From Nitrospira sp. (GTDB taxonomy: Bacteria; Nitrospirota; Nitrospiria; Nitrospirales; Nitrospiraceae), in contig DAONAB010000001.1 in NCBI GenBank assembly GCA_035400805.1, forward strand, positions 1-43,366: 43,366 nucleotides of DNA, read 5' to 3'. This document shows positions 20,535 to 30,282 of this stretch, piece after piece (within the stretch, counting starts at the first letter, position 1; the number at the start of each line of letters is the position of its first letter). The translations under genes were made by a program, and so were the position numbers. Below the pieces are notes generated by a model. The model saw only the letters and a list, made by a program, of their open reading frames with translations. It did no database searches and was not told the DNA's origin.

Positions 20535-23500
20535 TCAAATGAAGAGTCTATAATCGTAGGACTCGCGCTCAAACCGCTTCAAGAGCTTCCCAATCCTCGC
20601 GATCTCGTTGGACGAATGAATCGTCGCCGGCAGCCGCGTGTACAGGTCAAAGGTGTTCCAATTCATCTTCGACAAAGCCAGCACCTCGCCCGCAACCTCA
20701 TTCAAATCCGTCGGCCCCCAGTGCTTCTTTATCATCACCGGCGCGGGAATCCTGAATTTCCCCATGTAATACGCCTCGCTCGCAGAATTGGGATGAGCAT
20801 TCCCGTTGACCCAAAGAAGGAACTTGAACCGCTCCAGGAGGATCGCCGTCCCTCGGTCCACCGGCGAACCGTCGGCAAGGAAACCAGTCGGTGTCACCAC
20901 CGACGCGGTGCACCGCATCATCGCTTCGACGTTGATCTCCACCAAATCCACCTGCGGCACGTCTTTGAGCCCCTTGAGCAACCCCTCGCGCTCCACTCTC
21001 AAAAACGGCGTCCGCTTATGGATTACCACCCGTTCGGGCAGGGCCGCTCGGCTCTCAAAAAACAATTGCCGGATATCCTCCGCTAACTTAAGCGCGTCCT
21101 CCTCCGACAAGTGCGGATTCTTCTGCCGGAAGATCGGATTGTCGATTTTGCTCAGCCGATAGGTCAAGCCCAGGCCGTCCGACGTATAAATGTGACTGCA
21201 CCCGAGTACAATGTGCCCGTTATTTGCTGCTCCCGGTCGCAATATCCCGAAGCCCAGCCCAGCAAAGGCTGTTGTGCTCGGCAGGCCGTCAAGAATCCAC
21301 GGTGTCCTCATGGACTTGGCATACAACGACAGGGCCAGCCACCACATGACCTCACAATCAAACTTCTTCCGCAGCGTCGACTCCCGCAGAAATTGCGACG
21401 CGATTCCCCGCTGGACGCAATACGCCTTCGCCATATCGTGCAGATTGATCTCCTCGTCCTCATCCTCGTAATCAGCAAACTCCGCCCAGCGCTCAGGAAC
21501 GAACACCAAGACCAAGCGCACCGAAGTCGCTGACGTTACCTGCTGCACGCAGGCCCGAACGCCCTCCAGCAATGACAACGCCTTCTCCTTGGCGTTAGCA
21601 CCCTTCGGCTCCGGACATGTCGCCCACGCGCTGTCATTCGGCTGCGGTATTGAGAACGGCAAACCGAACGCCTCGGCAAACCCTGGATAATCCAGCAGAT
21701 AGCCCTTCTTGCTGTTCGCTCGAATCCGCTGGTTTATCTTCGCCAGAAACGAGCTCAACTTCGCCGCTTCACTCGCCGGACACACCACCCCAAACCGTAC
21801 ATTCGTGTCCAAACCCTTCGCGGTCAGCGCGAAGTCATACGGCCGATTCGCCAGTAAGCCCCGAATGGGATGCGAATCGGTCGCGATGCTCGCGCCGTCC
21901 TTCGACGCAAATACAATCTTAGGCTCCGGCAGACTCGTTCCCTCGAACTGAACCAAGTTCAAAAACTTGTCAGGCACCTTTACCTTGGTTCTCGCTCGCA
22001 CGGCATTGATGCGGCCAAACGCTGGCGATCGACGGACTCCGAACTTGAACGAACTTGCTGCGTTGGGGGGATACTCCAGCACCCCGCCGCTGCCCTTCGG
22101 AAAAAGGAGGTTCCTCCAGCGTTCCAGCTCCTGGTTAAAGACGGGGTTGTACTGTTTGCTCAGGATCTGGCGCTTCAACTCCTTCTCCACGAAATCTGGC
22201 AGTGGCTTGTCTCCCCGCTCAGGTCGGCCAAAAACTGTCGGCATGAGCGTGAGATATTCCCTGCCTTGTGCCCGCCTCAGCGCCACCACCACCGCCCGGA
22301 ACACCTTGCACTTCCATTTATACACCTCGCGCATTTCGTAAGCCGTCGGCTCCCAAATCAATTCGTCGCCGTCCGTCCCCAGCCTGGCGCGGGCTGCCAG
22401 ACACCGGACAATGGCCTGCCGGAACATGCCCGTCACCGTCCCGTTTGGCAGAGCGAGCTCATGGTCGGCGACTGGGCTCCTCCCAATATCGCCTTGTATC
22501 CGCTTCCCGAACACCTCCTTAACGTCATCCACTAGACCCACGGCCAGGACTTTCTGAGCCAGCAGCCCCGCCACCAGGGGCTTCCCCTTAATCGTCTCCC
22601 GCAGTGCGGCCCACGCTCCTTCGCAACGCAGATCCGGCACGTCGAACTCATAAACCTCCGACGGAACATCCACCGGGAAACAATTGCTCTTCACCAAAGC
22701 AACTGGATCACCGCCCGGAACCGAGAACGGCTTATTGTTCGCCGCATCCGCTGCCGCGCTCCCTGCCAAAATTGTCTTCGCCTTCTCCCCCAAGTCTCCT
22801 TCCAAACACTGAAGGGCCAGCCGTCGCAACGTGTCGTCAAAACCGTAACTGTCCACGTAAAATGCCTGTCGGCCCGCGCGGCGAGCCGCCGCAATCAAAT
22901 CCGCCACCGCCCTCGGTGGCTCGGGGCTTTGGAATCCGCACCAAAAAAACCGCCCAACCCCTTTCTTGGACAAAGCGTTCGTTAGGCATTCCATCACCGA
23001 AGCGTCGCGCCCGCTGTAACCGAGAACGATCACAGTTCTCTCCATCAACCGTTGCGCGAACGCCGAGCGCAAATCTGCGTCCTGCCGCTGAAGCTCCGCC
23101 ACCGTGTTCTTCAGCGCGTCATACCGATAATCCCCGTGCATCGACACACAGAGCAGTTCTCCCTTGCGTGGTAAGCGGTCCACGCGCCCAGTGGTATCGA
23201 GCCCAACCTCGATCGACGTCACGCCAGTACCAACCGACGCAACCGCGCTCAAGCTGTCGAAGTTCGTCGTCCACACGGAATCGAACACCCCGGCCTCCGC
23301 CAGTAAGACCAAGAGTCGATACCCGTAGCTTGGCTTCGCCGCCTTCACCAGCTTCTGAAAATACGCTCGGCGGTCGTCGCTCAGTGGATAACAGTTTTCA
23401 CAGTAGAAACTGTACTCTGTTTGCGCGCCCAGCGCCGGAAACCCCGCCTGCTTGTCGAGCCAGGTCTGTATTCGACGTTGTACTGCGGGCAAGAAAACAT

Positions 23501-23696
23501 GCCCAACCTGCTTCTCGAGTCCCGGATTCGCAGACGTGAAGATGCGACCCTTCCACTCCATCATGCACCGTTCTGCTGATGGAATGCCGGAACTCACGGA
23601 AGCCCCAGCTCCCAGGAACAAACTGTGCGGCGTGTCCCGGTTGATCGAAATGGAACGTACAAAAGCGTCCAACGCCATTGCTGTCGGATCGCTCAT
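20535..23696 (-). CDS. single-chain SIR2-APAZ-short prokaryotic Argonaute (fused SPARSA type)
   Basis: SIR2: LFLGAGASVSSGIP, WTTNFD, MHGDYRYD, VLGYSGRD. MID/PIWI: LHDMAKAYCVQRGIASQFL, LALSLYAKSMRTPWIL, AFAGLGFGI, RVVIHKRTPF, DRGT, LALSKMNWNTFDLYTRLPATI. PIWI lacks the catalytic aspartates. AGGAGG RBS before ATG 23696. Confidence 0.93.
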   Translation of the reverse strand: MSDPTAMALDAFVRSISINRDTPHSLFLGAGASVSSGIPSAERCMMEWKGRIFTSANPGLEKQVGHVFLPAVQRRIQTWLDKQAGFPALGAQTEYSFYCENCYPLSDDRRAYFQKLVKAAKPSYGYRLLVLLAEAGVFDSVWTTNFDSLSAVASVGTGVTSIEVGLDTTGRVDRLPRKGELLCVSMHGDYRYDALKNTVAELQRQDADLRSAFAQRLMERTVIVLGYSGRDASVMECLTNALSKKGVGRFFWCGFQSPEPPRAVADLIAAARRAGRQAFYVDSYGFDDTLRRLALQCLEGDLGEKAKTILAGSAAADAANNKPFSVPGGDPVALVKSNCFPVDVPSEVYEFDVPDLRCEGAWAALRETIKGKPLVAGLLAQKVLAVGLVDDVKEVFGKRIQGDIGRSPVADHELALPNGTVTGMFRQAIVRCLAARARLGTDGDELIWEPTAYEMREVYKWKCKVFRAVVVALRRAQGREYLTLMPTVFGRPERGDKPLPDFVEKELKRQILSKQYNPVFNQELERWRNLLFPKGSGGVLEYPPNAASSFKFGVRRSPAFGRINAVRARTKVKVPDKFLNLVQFEGTSLPEPKIVFASKDGASIATDSHPIRGLLANRPYDFALTAKGLDTNVRFGVVCPASEAAKLSSFLAKINQRIRANSKKGYLLDYPGFAEAFGLPFSIPQPNDSAWATCPEPKGANAKEKALSLLEGVRACVQQVTSATSVRLVLVFVPERWAEFADYEDEDEEINLHDMAKAYCVQRGIASQFLRESTLRKKFDCEVMWWLALSLYAKSMRTPWILDGLPSTTAFAGLGFGILRPGAANNGHIVLGCSHIYTSDGLGLTYRLSKIDNPIFRQKNPHLSEEDALKLAEDIRQLFFESRAALPERVVIHKRTPFLRVEREGLLKGLKDVPQVDLVEINVEAMMRCTASVVTPTGFLADGSPVDRGTAILLERFKFLLWVNGNAHPNSASEAYYMGKFRIPAPVMIKKHWGPTDLNEVAGEVLALSKMNWNTFDLYTRLPATIHSSNEIARIGKLLKRFERESYDYRLFI

Positions 23697-23736
23697 AGTT
23701 CCTCCTGGTGGTTGATGCTGGTTCACGGCATACGCG

Positions 23737-26700
23737 TTAGAGTTTCCACCCCTCCTTGATCTTCCCCAGCACCTCGTTCGCCTGCGTCAGGTCCATTCCC
23801 GATTTCGTCTTTACGGAAACGGCAACCTCAAACTGCACGTCGCAACCCGCCAGGGATTTGCTCAAGGTGGAAACGTCATCCGCCAGATTCTGAAACTCAG
23901 CGGGCGACAACGTCACTCGTGGCGAGAGCTTGCGGCCGGGGATTGGCTCAGGTTCTGGTGGCGGCACGCTCCCAATCGATTTCACCGTCAACTCGACTGT
24001 CCCGTCTGCGGCCAGCGACACCAGCGGGCCGCCGCCGCTGGCCCGTTGCATCAGTCCCCGACCGAGGGCCTCGCTCAATGTGTTGATGAACGCCTTCGGC
24101 GGCCAGGGGTTGCCCTTCGCCTTCTTCAGTTCCGCGTAAAGCGTCGCCACAGTCGTCTTCGGTTCCGCATCGCTGCTCCACGCGGACTTCAGAGCGCCGG
24201 GCAGCAGTTCGATCGCGTTCAGGGGCGCGGGGCGCCGGAAAAGACGCGCAGCCGGATCAAGCTGGATCGTGGTGGGATCCTCCAGCCACACACTGTCGTT
24301 CCCCAGCACCAGCCACAGATCGCCTGCCTTCACCGCTTGCGCCACGGCCTTGTGGACTTCGTCCACGGCCACTTGCGGAATGGGCCGTGACTCCGGCGGA
24401 TACCCGGGTTGCGTGACCTCCTGAAAGGCATGGCTTCCGTCGAACCAGGAGCACAAGGTCGCCAGTTCCACTCCATTCGGTTCCGCCGGCCATAAACCGG
24501 GCAGGGCTTCCGGGAGAATGGCCCTGGCGCTGACGCTGTTCAGCACCGACTTGTTCGGCAACCACGCTTCGCCAGTCTTCTCCCAGTCCGCCACATCAAT
24601 CTTCGAGCGCCAGAACCATTGCTCCGAGCCATCGGGGCGGACATGCCGCAGTGCCAGCACTCCGCGCTGCACCGCGTCCCCAATTGTGTTCGTCACCGTT
24701 TGCTGGCTCAGCAGTTTCGGCAGGTTCGGCCGCCGCGCAAATTGCTGGTAGAGGGCACTCACCTGCACGCGGTCATCGGTCCCTGGCCAGACCGCATACG
24801 GCCCGCCCGGCATGATCGTCTCCGCGTCAATCTTCTCTTTGAACAGCCGCAGCTCTTTCTCCTGCAACAGGGTCGGGAACAAGGCTTGTGCCCCCATCGT
24901 GAACTTCTTCACTTGCACTGCGCCGGTCTTGTCCACGTGCAAGGCCAGTTCGAAGGCATTCTTCACGGCGGTCTCGGCTGCCTGCTTCGTCTCCCGTTCG
25001 CGTTTGTTGACCGTCTCCTTTACGTGGCCCTCGTAATCCTTGTAGTCCTTTGACCCCTTGATTTCCTGCCACGCGATCCAGTCCGCGATTTGCTGTTCCG
25101 CTTGCTGCAATCCCGCCACGCTGGGAGTCACCACCAGCACGACGTTTTGATAGGTCCGGTTGTCCGTCGGCGAGGAATGGGTGCGCAGGAACGCCTCGGC
25201 CCCCGTGTGCGCCTTCGCACCGGGCTGCCCGGCGTAATCCGATCCCAGGGCGATCAACCTGAAGACGCCATCGTCGTCCACATCGCCCGGTGAATTCGGC
25301 TGATTGTGGAATTTGATGCCCTCCTGGTCGCAGCCCTCCTTGAGCGGTCCGCACTTCTTCGCCAGTTCGTCGAATTTCCCCTTGGCAATGCTTAGGGCCT
25401 TGGTCCGGTAGCTGTAGTGAACCTGGTTCAGGTTCGGTTTCGGCCCCAGCCGCCAGTACTTCGGCACGTTCGTTGTCGGCTCCGTGGCGTCGGTTTCTTC
25501 CAGATACCAGGACGTCTTGGCCCACGCGATCAGCCCGTTGTTGAACACCGCCGACAGGTCGCAGGTCGGCCCCACCAGCCAGCGCAAGTCGCCAATCTCC
25601 GCCTGCTCACCGATCGGTTGCGAATAGATGAATGCTGCCACGCACGCCGCCTCCAACTCCCGTCCGTTCAACGTCCCTGCCGCCGCCTTCTGTGCGTCAA
25701 CCACCCGTGGTAGTTCTGTCTTCAGGTTGCTAGGCCATTGCGGTTTCTTCTCCGGTTGCGATTCCTTTGCCACTTCTGCCAGCTTCTGCAGGGATGGGCT
25801 GAGATCGGTGCTCCCCGGTTCCGCCAGGAACACCTGCGGTCCAACCAGAGGCGATTCGTCCCATTTCGCAGCCTCACGCAGCGCCGCGGCGAACGTTTGC
25901 AGCACGCCGCGCGTCCGCTGAAACTGGTTCAGTTCCGTCCATTTCCCGAAGAATCGCGCCAGCAAATCCGGGTGGAACGGATACGCATCGCGCAGTTTCT
26001 CCTCCGCGTTGGGCAGTTTCGCCTGCGAGGGATCAATCGCCTTCATCCGGTCCCAAAACGCTGTGACGTGCGGATGCCGGTCCGCCGGGTTCTCGGGGAA
26101 CTTCTCGAACATCCGGCGGCGCAACAACTCCGCCAGGTCGCCTTTTTCCACGGGCGACTGCACCGACGCCTGCCGGTTCAATCCCTGATTGCAGGCATCC
26201 AAAATGGCCTTCCCGGTTTCATCGTTCTTGGCGGGTTCGGTGGCCAGGAGGGAAGCGACGAGGCAGGATCGTTCCGATCCATCCACCGCCTGGGACAGAC
26301 ACTGGAAGAAGTTCTTCAGTCGTTGAATCCAGTCTGGCCCCCGGCCTCTGTTTGTGGGATCAGGATCGGGCGTGGCCGCCGTGTGCGCCCACATCAGAAA
26401 CTCGTCCAGCAGAATCAATGCACCCTTGCCGGTCTTCTCGACCTCCGCCAGCACTTCCACCCACAGCGGCGTCGCCGGCGGCGTGTCGTAATCCGGTTGG
26501 GATTCATCCCGCCCGAGAATATCCAGCCCCTGTTGGCCCAGCAGTTGCCAAGCAATCAGGTTCCACGGCATCCGAAAGAACCGCTCCGTGCCGTCCGGCG
26601 CTTTGGCCCTGCCGCCCTTCTTCCAATCCACCCAGTCAAAAGACACCGAGGCCACCACCGCCGCCGGTGGATTCTCCAGCTTGGCCTCCGCCATGATGTG

Positions 26701-27054
26701 CTCCACCGCCGTCGCCTTGCGGGGTAGCTTCGCGCCCAGGGTAGTCAGGTAGTACAGCGTCGTCAGCGTGTGCGATTTCCCGCCGCCGAACGTCTGCGCC
26801 ACATTGATGATCGGCTCGCCGCCATCCTCCTTCGCCAGCCGCCTCAACACGTCTCGGCAGAATCGCCGCAAGTTCGGCGTGGCGTAGCTGGTCGCGAAGA
26901 ACGCCTCCGGGTCGGTGTAGTATTTGCCGCCACCCGGCTCGAAGATGACGCGGTGCAGGTCCACCGCGAAATCGGCCATCGTCAGCGTCTTCGTCCGGAT
27001 CTCATCCCGCAGGATGCAGACCTCTTTCCAGGGTTTCAGAACGTGTTTAGCCAT
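23737..27054 (-). CDS. DUF499-family AAA+ ATPase
   Basis: LKPW...FAVDL...YTDPEAFFATSY, Walker A FGGGKSHT, Walker B LILLDE, LRRRMFE, AYPFHP, FQRTRGVL. Confidence 0.9.
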   Translation of the reverse strand: MAKHVLKPWKEVCILRDEIRTKTLTMADFAVDLHRVIFEPGGGKYYTDPEAFFATSYATPNLRRFCRDVLRRLAKEDGGEPIINVAQTFGGGKSHTLTTLYYLTTLGAKLPRKATAVEHIMAEAKLENPPAAVVASVSFDWVDWKKGGRAKAPDGTERFFRMPWNLIAWQLLGQQGLDILGRDESQPDYDTPPATPLWVEVLAEVEKTGKGALILLDEFLMWAHTAATPDPDPTNRGRGPDWIQRLKNFFQCLSQAVDGSERSCLVASLLATEPAKNDETGKAILDACNQGLNRQASVQSPVEKGDLAELLRRRMFEKFPENPADRHPHVTAFWDRMKAIDPSQAKLPNAEEKLRDAYPFHPDLLARFFGKWTELNQFQRTRGVLQTFAAALREAAKWDESPLVGPQVFLAEPGSTDLSPSLQKLAEVAKESQPEKKPQWPSNLKTELPRVVDAQKAAAGTLNGRELEAACVAAFIYSQPIGEQAEIGDLRWLVGPTCDLSAVFNNGLIAWAKTSWYLEETDATEPTTNVPKYWRLGPKPNLNQVHYSYRTKALSIAKGKFDELAKKCGPLKEGCDQEGIKFHNQPNSPGDVDDDGVFRLIALGSDYAGQPGAKAHTGAEAFLRTHSSPTDNRTYQNVVLVVTPSVAGLQQAEQQIADWIAWQEIKGSKDYKDYEGHVKETVNKRERETKQAAETAVKNAFELALHVDKTGAVQVKKFTMGAQALFPTLLQEKELRLFKEKIDAETIMPGGPYAVWPGTDDRVQVSALYQQFARRPNLPKLLSQQTVTNTIGDAVQRGVLALRHVRPDGSEQWFWRSKIDVADWEKTGEAWLPNKSVLNSVSARAILPEALPGLWPAEPNGVELATLCSWFDGSHAFQEVTQPGYPPESRPIPQVAVDEVHKAVAQAVKAGDLWLVLGNDSVWLEDPTTIQLDPAARLFRRPAPLNAIELLPGALKSAWSSDAEPKTTVATLYAELKKAKGNPWPPKAFINTLSEALGRGLMQRASGGGPLVSLAADGTVELTVKSIGSVPPPEPEPIPGRKLSPRVTLSPAEFQNLADDVSTLSKSLAGCDVQFEVAVSVKTKSGMDLTQANEVLGKIKEGWKL

Positions 27055-27058
27055 GTGA

Positions 27059-30000
27059 TCATTTCTTCTCTTTTCTGTAGCTCACCTTCGTCCGCGTCGC
27101 CTCATCAATGGATGGGAAGAACGGCCCTTCCTTCATCACCCCATCTTCCACCACTTGCCGCCGGGTCAGTTTCAGTTGCGTGGCCAGTGCCTCCACCAGC
27201 CGCCGTTCCGTTTCGTTCCCATCTTGCAGGGCCAGCTCGCGGATGGCCTGCAGCAGTGGCGGGAAAGCCTGTTCGCTAGCCATCCCCCATTCGTCGTAGA
27301 GCCGTTGCACGTCTGCGGCCCGGTTCCCTTGGAATAACGCCATCAGCCGGTGCAGCTTGTCCACCAGGGGCGAGGCTAGGCCGCCCCGGCTCTCGCCCAG
27401 ATCCTCGCGGTCCACCCGCTCCGACCAATCCAGCAGCCGATACTCGTTCCCGCTGCTCTCTTCGCTTGCCTCTCCCGCTTCGCCTTCTTCTTCGTCCTTG
27501 CGCGGACGGCCTTTCTTGCCGGGACCGGACTTCCCGCCTTGTTCCAGGATGTTCCACACCACCTTCAGTTCCGTCTCGTCCTTCCCGCACGCGTTCGCGT
27601 AGAGGATGCAGGCCCCGGCGGGTGCGGACTTCAGCCCGAAATAGGCCCGGTGCAGCAGGTAGTACTGCGTCACTGGGTCCAGTGCCACGGTCTCGCCCCG
27701 GCCCTGGGTCTCGCGCTGCAGTTCCCGGAAGCCCGGCAGTTCACCCAGGGCGAATTGCAGCACGAGCTTCCGGACTTCCGTGAGGAAATCCTCCACCTTC
27801 ATCACGCCGCCTGCGGTCTGCTTCACGAACGGATGCTCGCTGTAAGCCTGGAGCGCCGGGCCGAGCGCTGCCCAGATGAAGTCCGGGCCCCGGATGCCCA
27901 GGTCGAAGTAGTATTGGAGGATGTTCTTCCCGCCCAGTTCCTCCCGGCGGTCGAACAGGATTTGTTTCATCCGCTCCAACACCGGCTCCTCCCAACCAGC
28001 CGGCGCAGCTTTGGCGCGCTTCCGACAGACGATCCATACGGAACTGGAAAGCGCGGCAGAAGCCTGGCCGCGCGACCGTGCTTCGCGTTCGGTTTGAATC
28101 GGCCAACTGGCCGTGACCTCCGCTCCGCCACGTATGAGCGCTCCGACCAGCGTTTCCCAGGCGTCTACCGATTTGTTTGCGAAGACAATCACGAGCCGGC
28201 CCGTGTCTGTGAGGCGTTCGCAACACCGTTGGAACGCTTTGGCCATGCCGTCGGTGTAGTTCCGTTTGCTGGCCTCGCGGTCCCCATCAAACCGCGATTC
28301 ATCGTCAATCAATTCACCGTCGGACTGCTCGTGGTTCCACTTCGGAGACAAGGATTCCGAAAAAACTCCATCCATCTCGCAACTGGTGCCGGTAAGAGTC
28401 CGTCGGAGCCAGATGTAGAAGAAGTCCATCAGGTCCGAGTACGGAATCGCGTCGTAGTATGGCGGGTCCGTGACGACAGCATCCAGTTGCTGTTCATTGT
28501 CGCCGGGAGCCAGTGCCGATTGCAGGCGAACCGACAAAGATTTCCCGTGCAGATTGCCCTTCAGCGCAAAGTCCACGAACTGAGCGACCAATTCAAGTTG
28601 CCCTGGATAACCGCCAGACGCTTCTGTCGTAGTTACGCACTCAGCAAAATCCCAGCACATCGGCAGCGCGAAGCGAGCAAACGTGTTTCGAATCTTGTCC
28701 CAATCCACGGTCCACTGACAAATTGCACTGCTCCGGTCGGCGATACGATTCAGAGCGCACGCAAGGTAACTCCCGACTGCTTCGGCCACATCAGCGTCTT
28801 GCCTCTGCAGAATCTGGGCAGCCTCTCTCGAGTGCCGTGCGAAGGTGCCTAGCGCCAGTAGCTGTCGCGGTGCAAAGATGTCTGCCCATGTTCTCATTCC
28901 GTAACGGTAAAGAGAGAAGGCCCGAGCCGCTCCTCCCCCTCCGCCCTTTGGCATTGGCTCATTGAGAAGCCCATTCGGTAGGTGACCGAAGGTTTCTATC
29001 ATGTCCTCGATTTCAACTGCTCCTCCTTCGACTTCAGCAGCAGTTGGCAGCCGATAGTGGCGAAAAGTGCCTTTGCCTGTCGTTTTCTTCTTGTCGACGA
29101 CAACGACAGTCATCTGCGTTCCAAGCAGGCCTTGCTGCCCCTGCCGTCTCATGTCTTCCATCGTGAGCGCAATCACACCAGGCCGTCCGCTGCACGGGCT
29201 CCACACTCCAGCACGGTTCATGGTGCCGTTCTTGATGAAGTCTTCCAGCGTTTCGCCAGTCACTTCCCATCGCTGCAGGAATTCATTCTCCTCTACGACG
29301 CGCTGCGGTTGCGCAAAATCGCCGTCCTGTAGGATCTTAAATGTTACCCCTGAGCCGTCGGCCAGCGGGATAGGCAGCAGCGCGGCACGTCTGCCTTTCT
29401 TCTTCCGGAGCCAGAATGTCTTGAGCAGCGGGATGCGCCCGGTCGTCTGCGGATCACGCACCGTGCGCGCCCACAGGTAAGCCACTGTTGGCTCCCCATC
29501 CACGGCCGGATACCGGGCGGCCAGTTCCTGCCGCGCCCGTTCCAGCACCCACCGCCCCCAGGCTCGCACATGCCACGCCAGGTCCGCATCCGGCAGCGGT
29601 AGCAGTTGCCGTTGCTGCGGGTCCGTAAAATGAGCCTTCTGGTCGCCCTTGCGCTTCTTCACCTTGCCGGCGAGGAAATCCTCCACGAAGTCCGGCCATT
29701 CCCGCACGAAGTCCGGCAGGGACCATTTCTTCCCGGCGAACCGCTGCGGGTAATCCAGTGTGCATTTCTGGATGAACCACGCCACCGGATTCAAGTCCGC
29801 CGACGTGACCTCGCACCCCAACCGCATCGCTTCCAGCGGAATCGCCCCGCCACCCGCAAATGGATCCAGCACCTTCGGCGCCTCTCCACCGTAGAATTCC
29901 CGGATGGCCGTGCGCAGGGTGTCCATCGCCGCCGCGTTCTCGTTCCCCCACGCCAACACACCACCCTCGACCACTTCCTTTTCCTCGGACACCGAGTTCC

Positions 30001-30262
30001 CGGCATCATCCTCAGAGGTCACCAGTGTCTTCACCACCGTCCCGCCGATCAGGTCCAGCAGCTCCTTCCGCTTCTGCGCGTCGCAGGGATCCGGTAGCAG
30101 CGTGCAAAGCAGCGCGGCCCGGCACGCCGCCAGCGGCCGCCGCGCTGGCCAGATGTGAAGGGTCGAGATGTGCCCATGCCGCACGTTCTTCTCGTGCACG
30201 CTGGCCAGGGAGGCCTGCCGAAGGGGGAAGGCAACTTCAATCAGTCTGGGTTTGTCAGTCAT
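27059..30262 (-). CDS. DUF1156-family adenine-specific DNA methyltransferase
   Basis: RLIEVAFPL...EK..RHGHISTLHIWPARRPLAACRA (DUF1156 N-terminus), VLDPFAGGGAIPLEA (motif I), TDPPYYDAIPYSDL (motif IV). ATG 30262 is preferred over track start 30304. Confidence 0.92.
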   Translation of the reverse strand: MTDKPRLIEVAFPLRQASLASVHEKNVRHGHISTLHIWPARRPLAACRAALLCTLLPDPCDAQKRKELLDLIGGTVVKTLVTSEDDAGNSVSEEKEVVEGGVLAWGNENAAAMDTLRTAIREFYGGEAPKVLDPFAGGGAIPLEAMRLGCEVTSADLNPVAWFIQKCTLDYPQRFAGKKWSLPDFVREWPDFVEDFLAGKVKKRKGDQKAHFTDPQQRQLLPLPDADLAWHVRAWGRWVLERARQELAARYPAVDGEPTVAYLWARTVRDPQTTGRIPLLKTFWLRKKKGRRAALLPIPLADGSGVTFKILQDGDFAQPQRVVEENEFLQRWEVTGETLEDFIKNGTMNRAGVWSPCSGRPGVIALTMEDMRRQGQQGLLGTQMTVVVVDKKKTTGKGTFRHYRLPTAAEVEGGAVEIEDMIETFGHLPNGLLNEPMPKGGGGGAARAFSLYRYGMRTWADIFAPRQLLALGTFARHSREAAQILQRQDADVAEAVGSYLACALNRIADRSSAICQWTVDWDKIRNTFARFALPMCWDFAECVTTTEASGGYPGQLELVAQFVDFALKGNLHGKSLSVRLQSALAPGDNEQQLDAVVTDPPYYDAIPYSDLMDFFYIWLRRTLTGTSCEMDGVFSESLSPKWNHEQSDGELIDDESRFDGDREASKRNYTDGMAKAFQRCCERLTDTGRLVIVFANKSVDAWETLVGALIRGGAEVTASWPIQTEREARSRGQASAALSSSVWIVCRKRAKAAPAGWEEPVLERMKQILFDRREELGGKNILQYYFDLGIRGPDFIWAALGPALQAYSEHPFVKQTAGGVMKVEDFLTEVRKLVLQFALGELPGFRELQRETQGRGETVALDPVTQYYLLHRAYFGLKSAPAGACILYANACGKDETELKVVWNILEQGGKSGPGKKGRPRKDEEEGEAGEASEESSGNEYRLLDWSERVDREDLGESRGGLASPLVDKLHRLMALFQGNRAADVQRLYDEWGMASEQAFPPLLQAIRELALQDGNETERRLVEALATQLKLTRRQVVEDGVMKEGPFFPSIDEATRTKVSYRKEKK

Positions 30263-30282
30263 GCTTTGGACATCTCGCCTGT

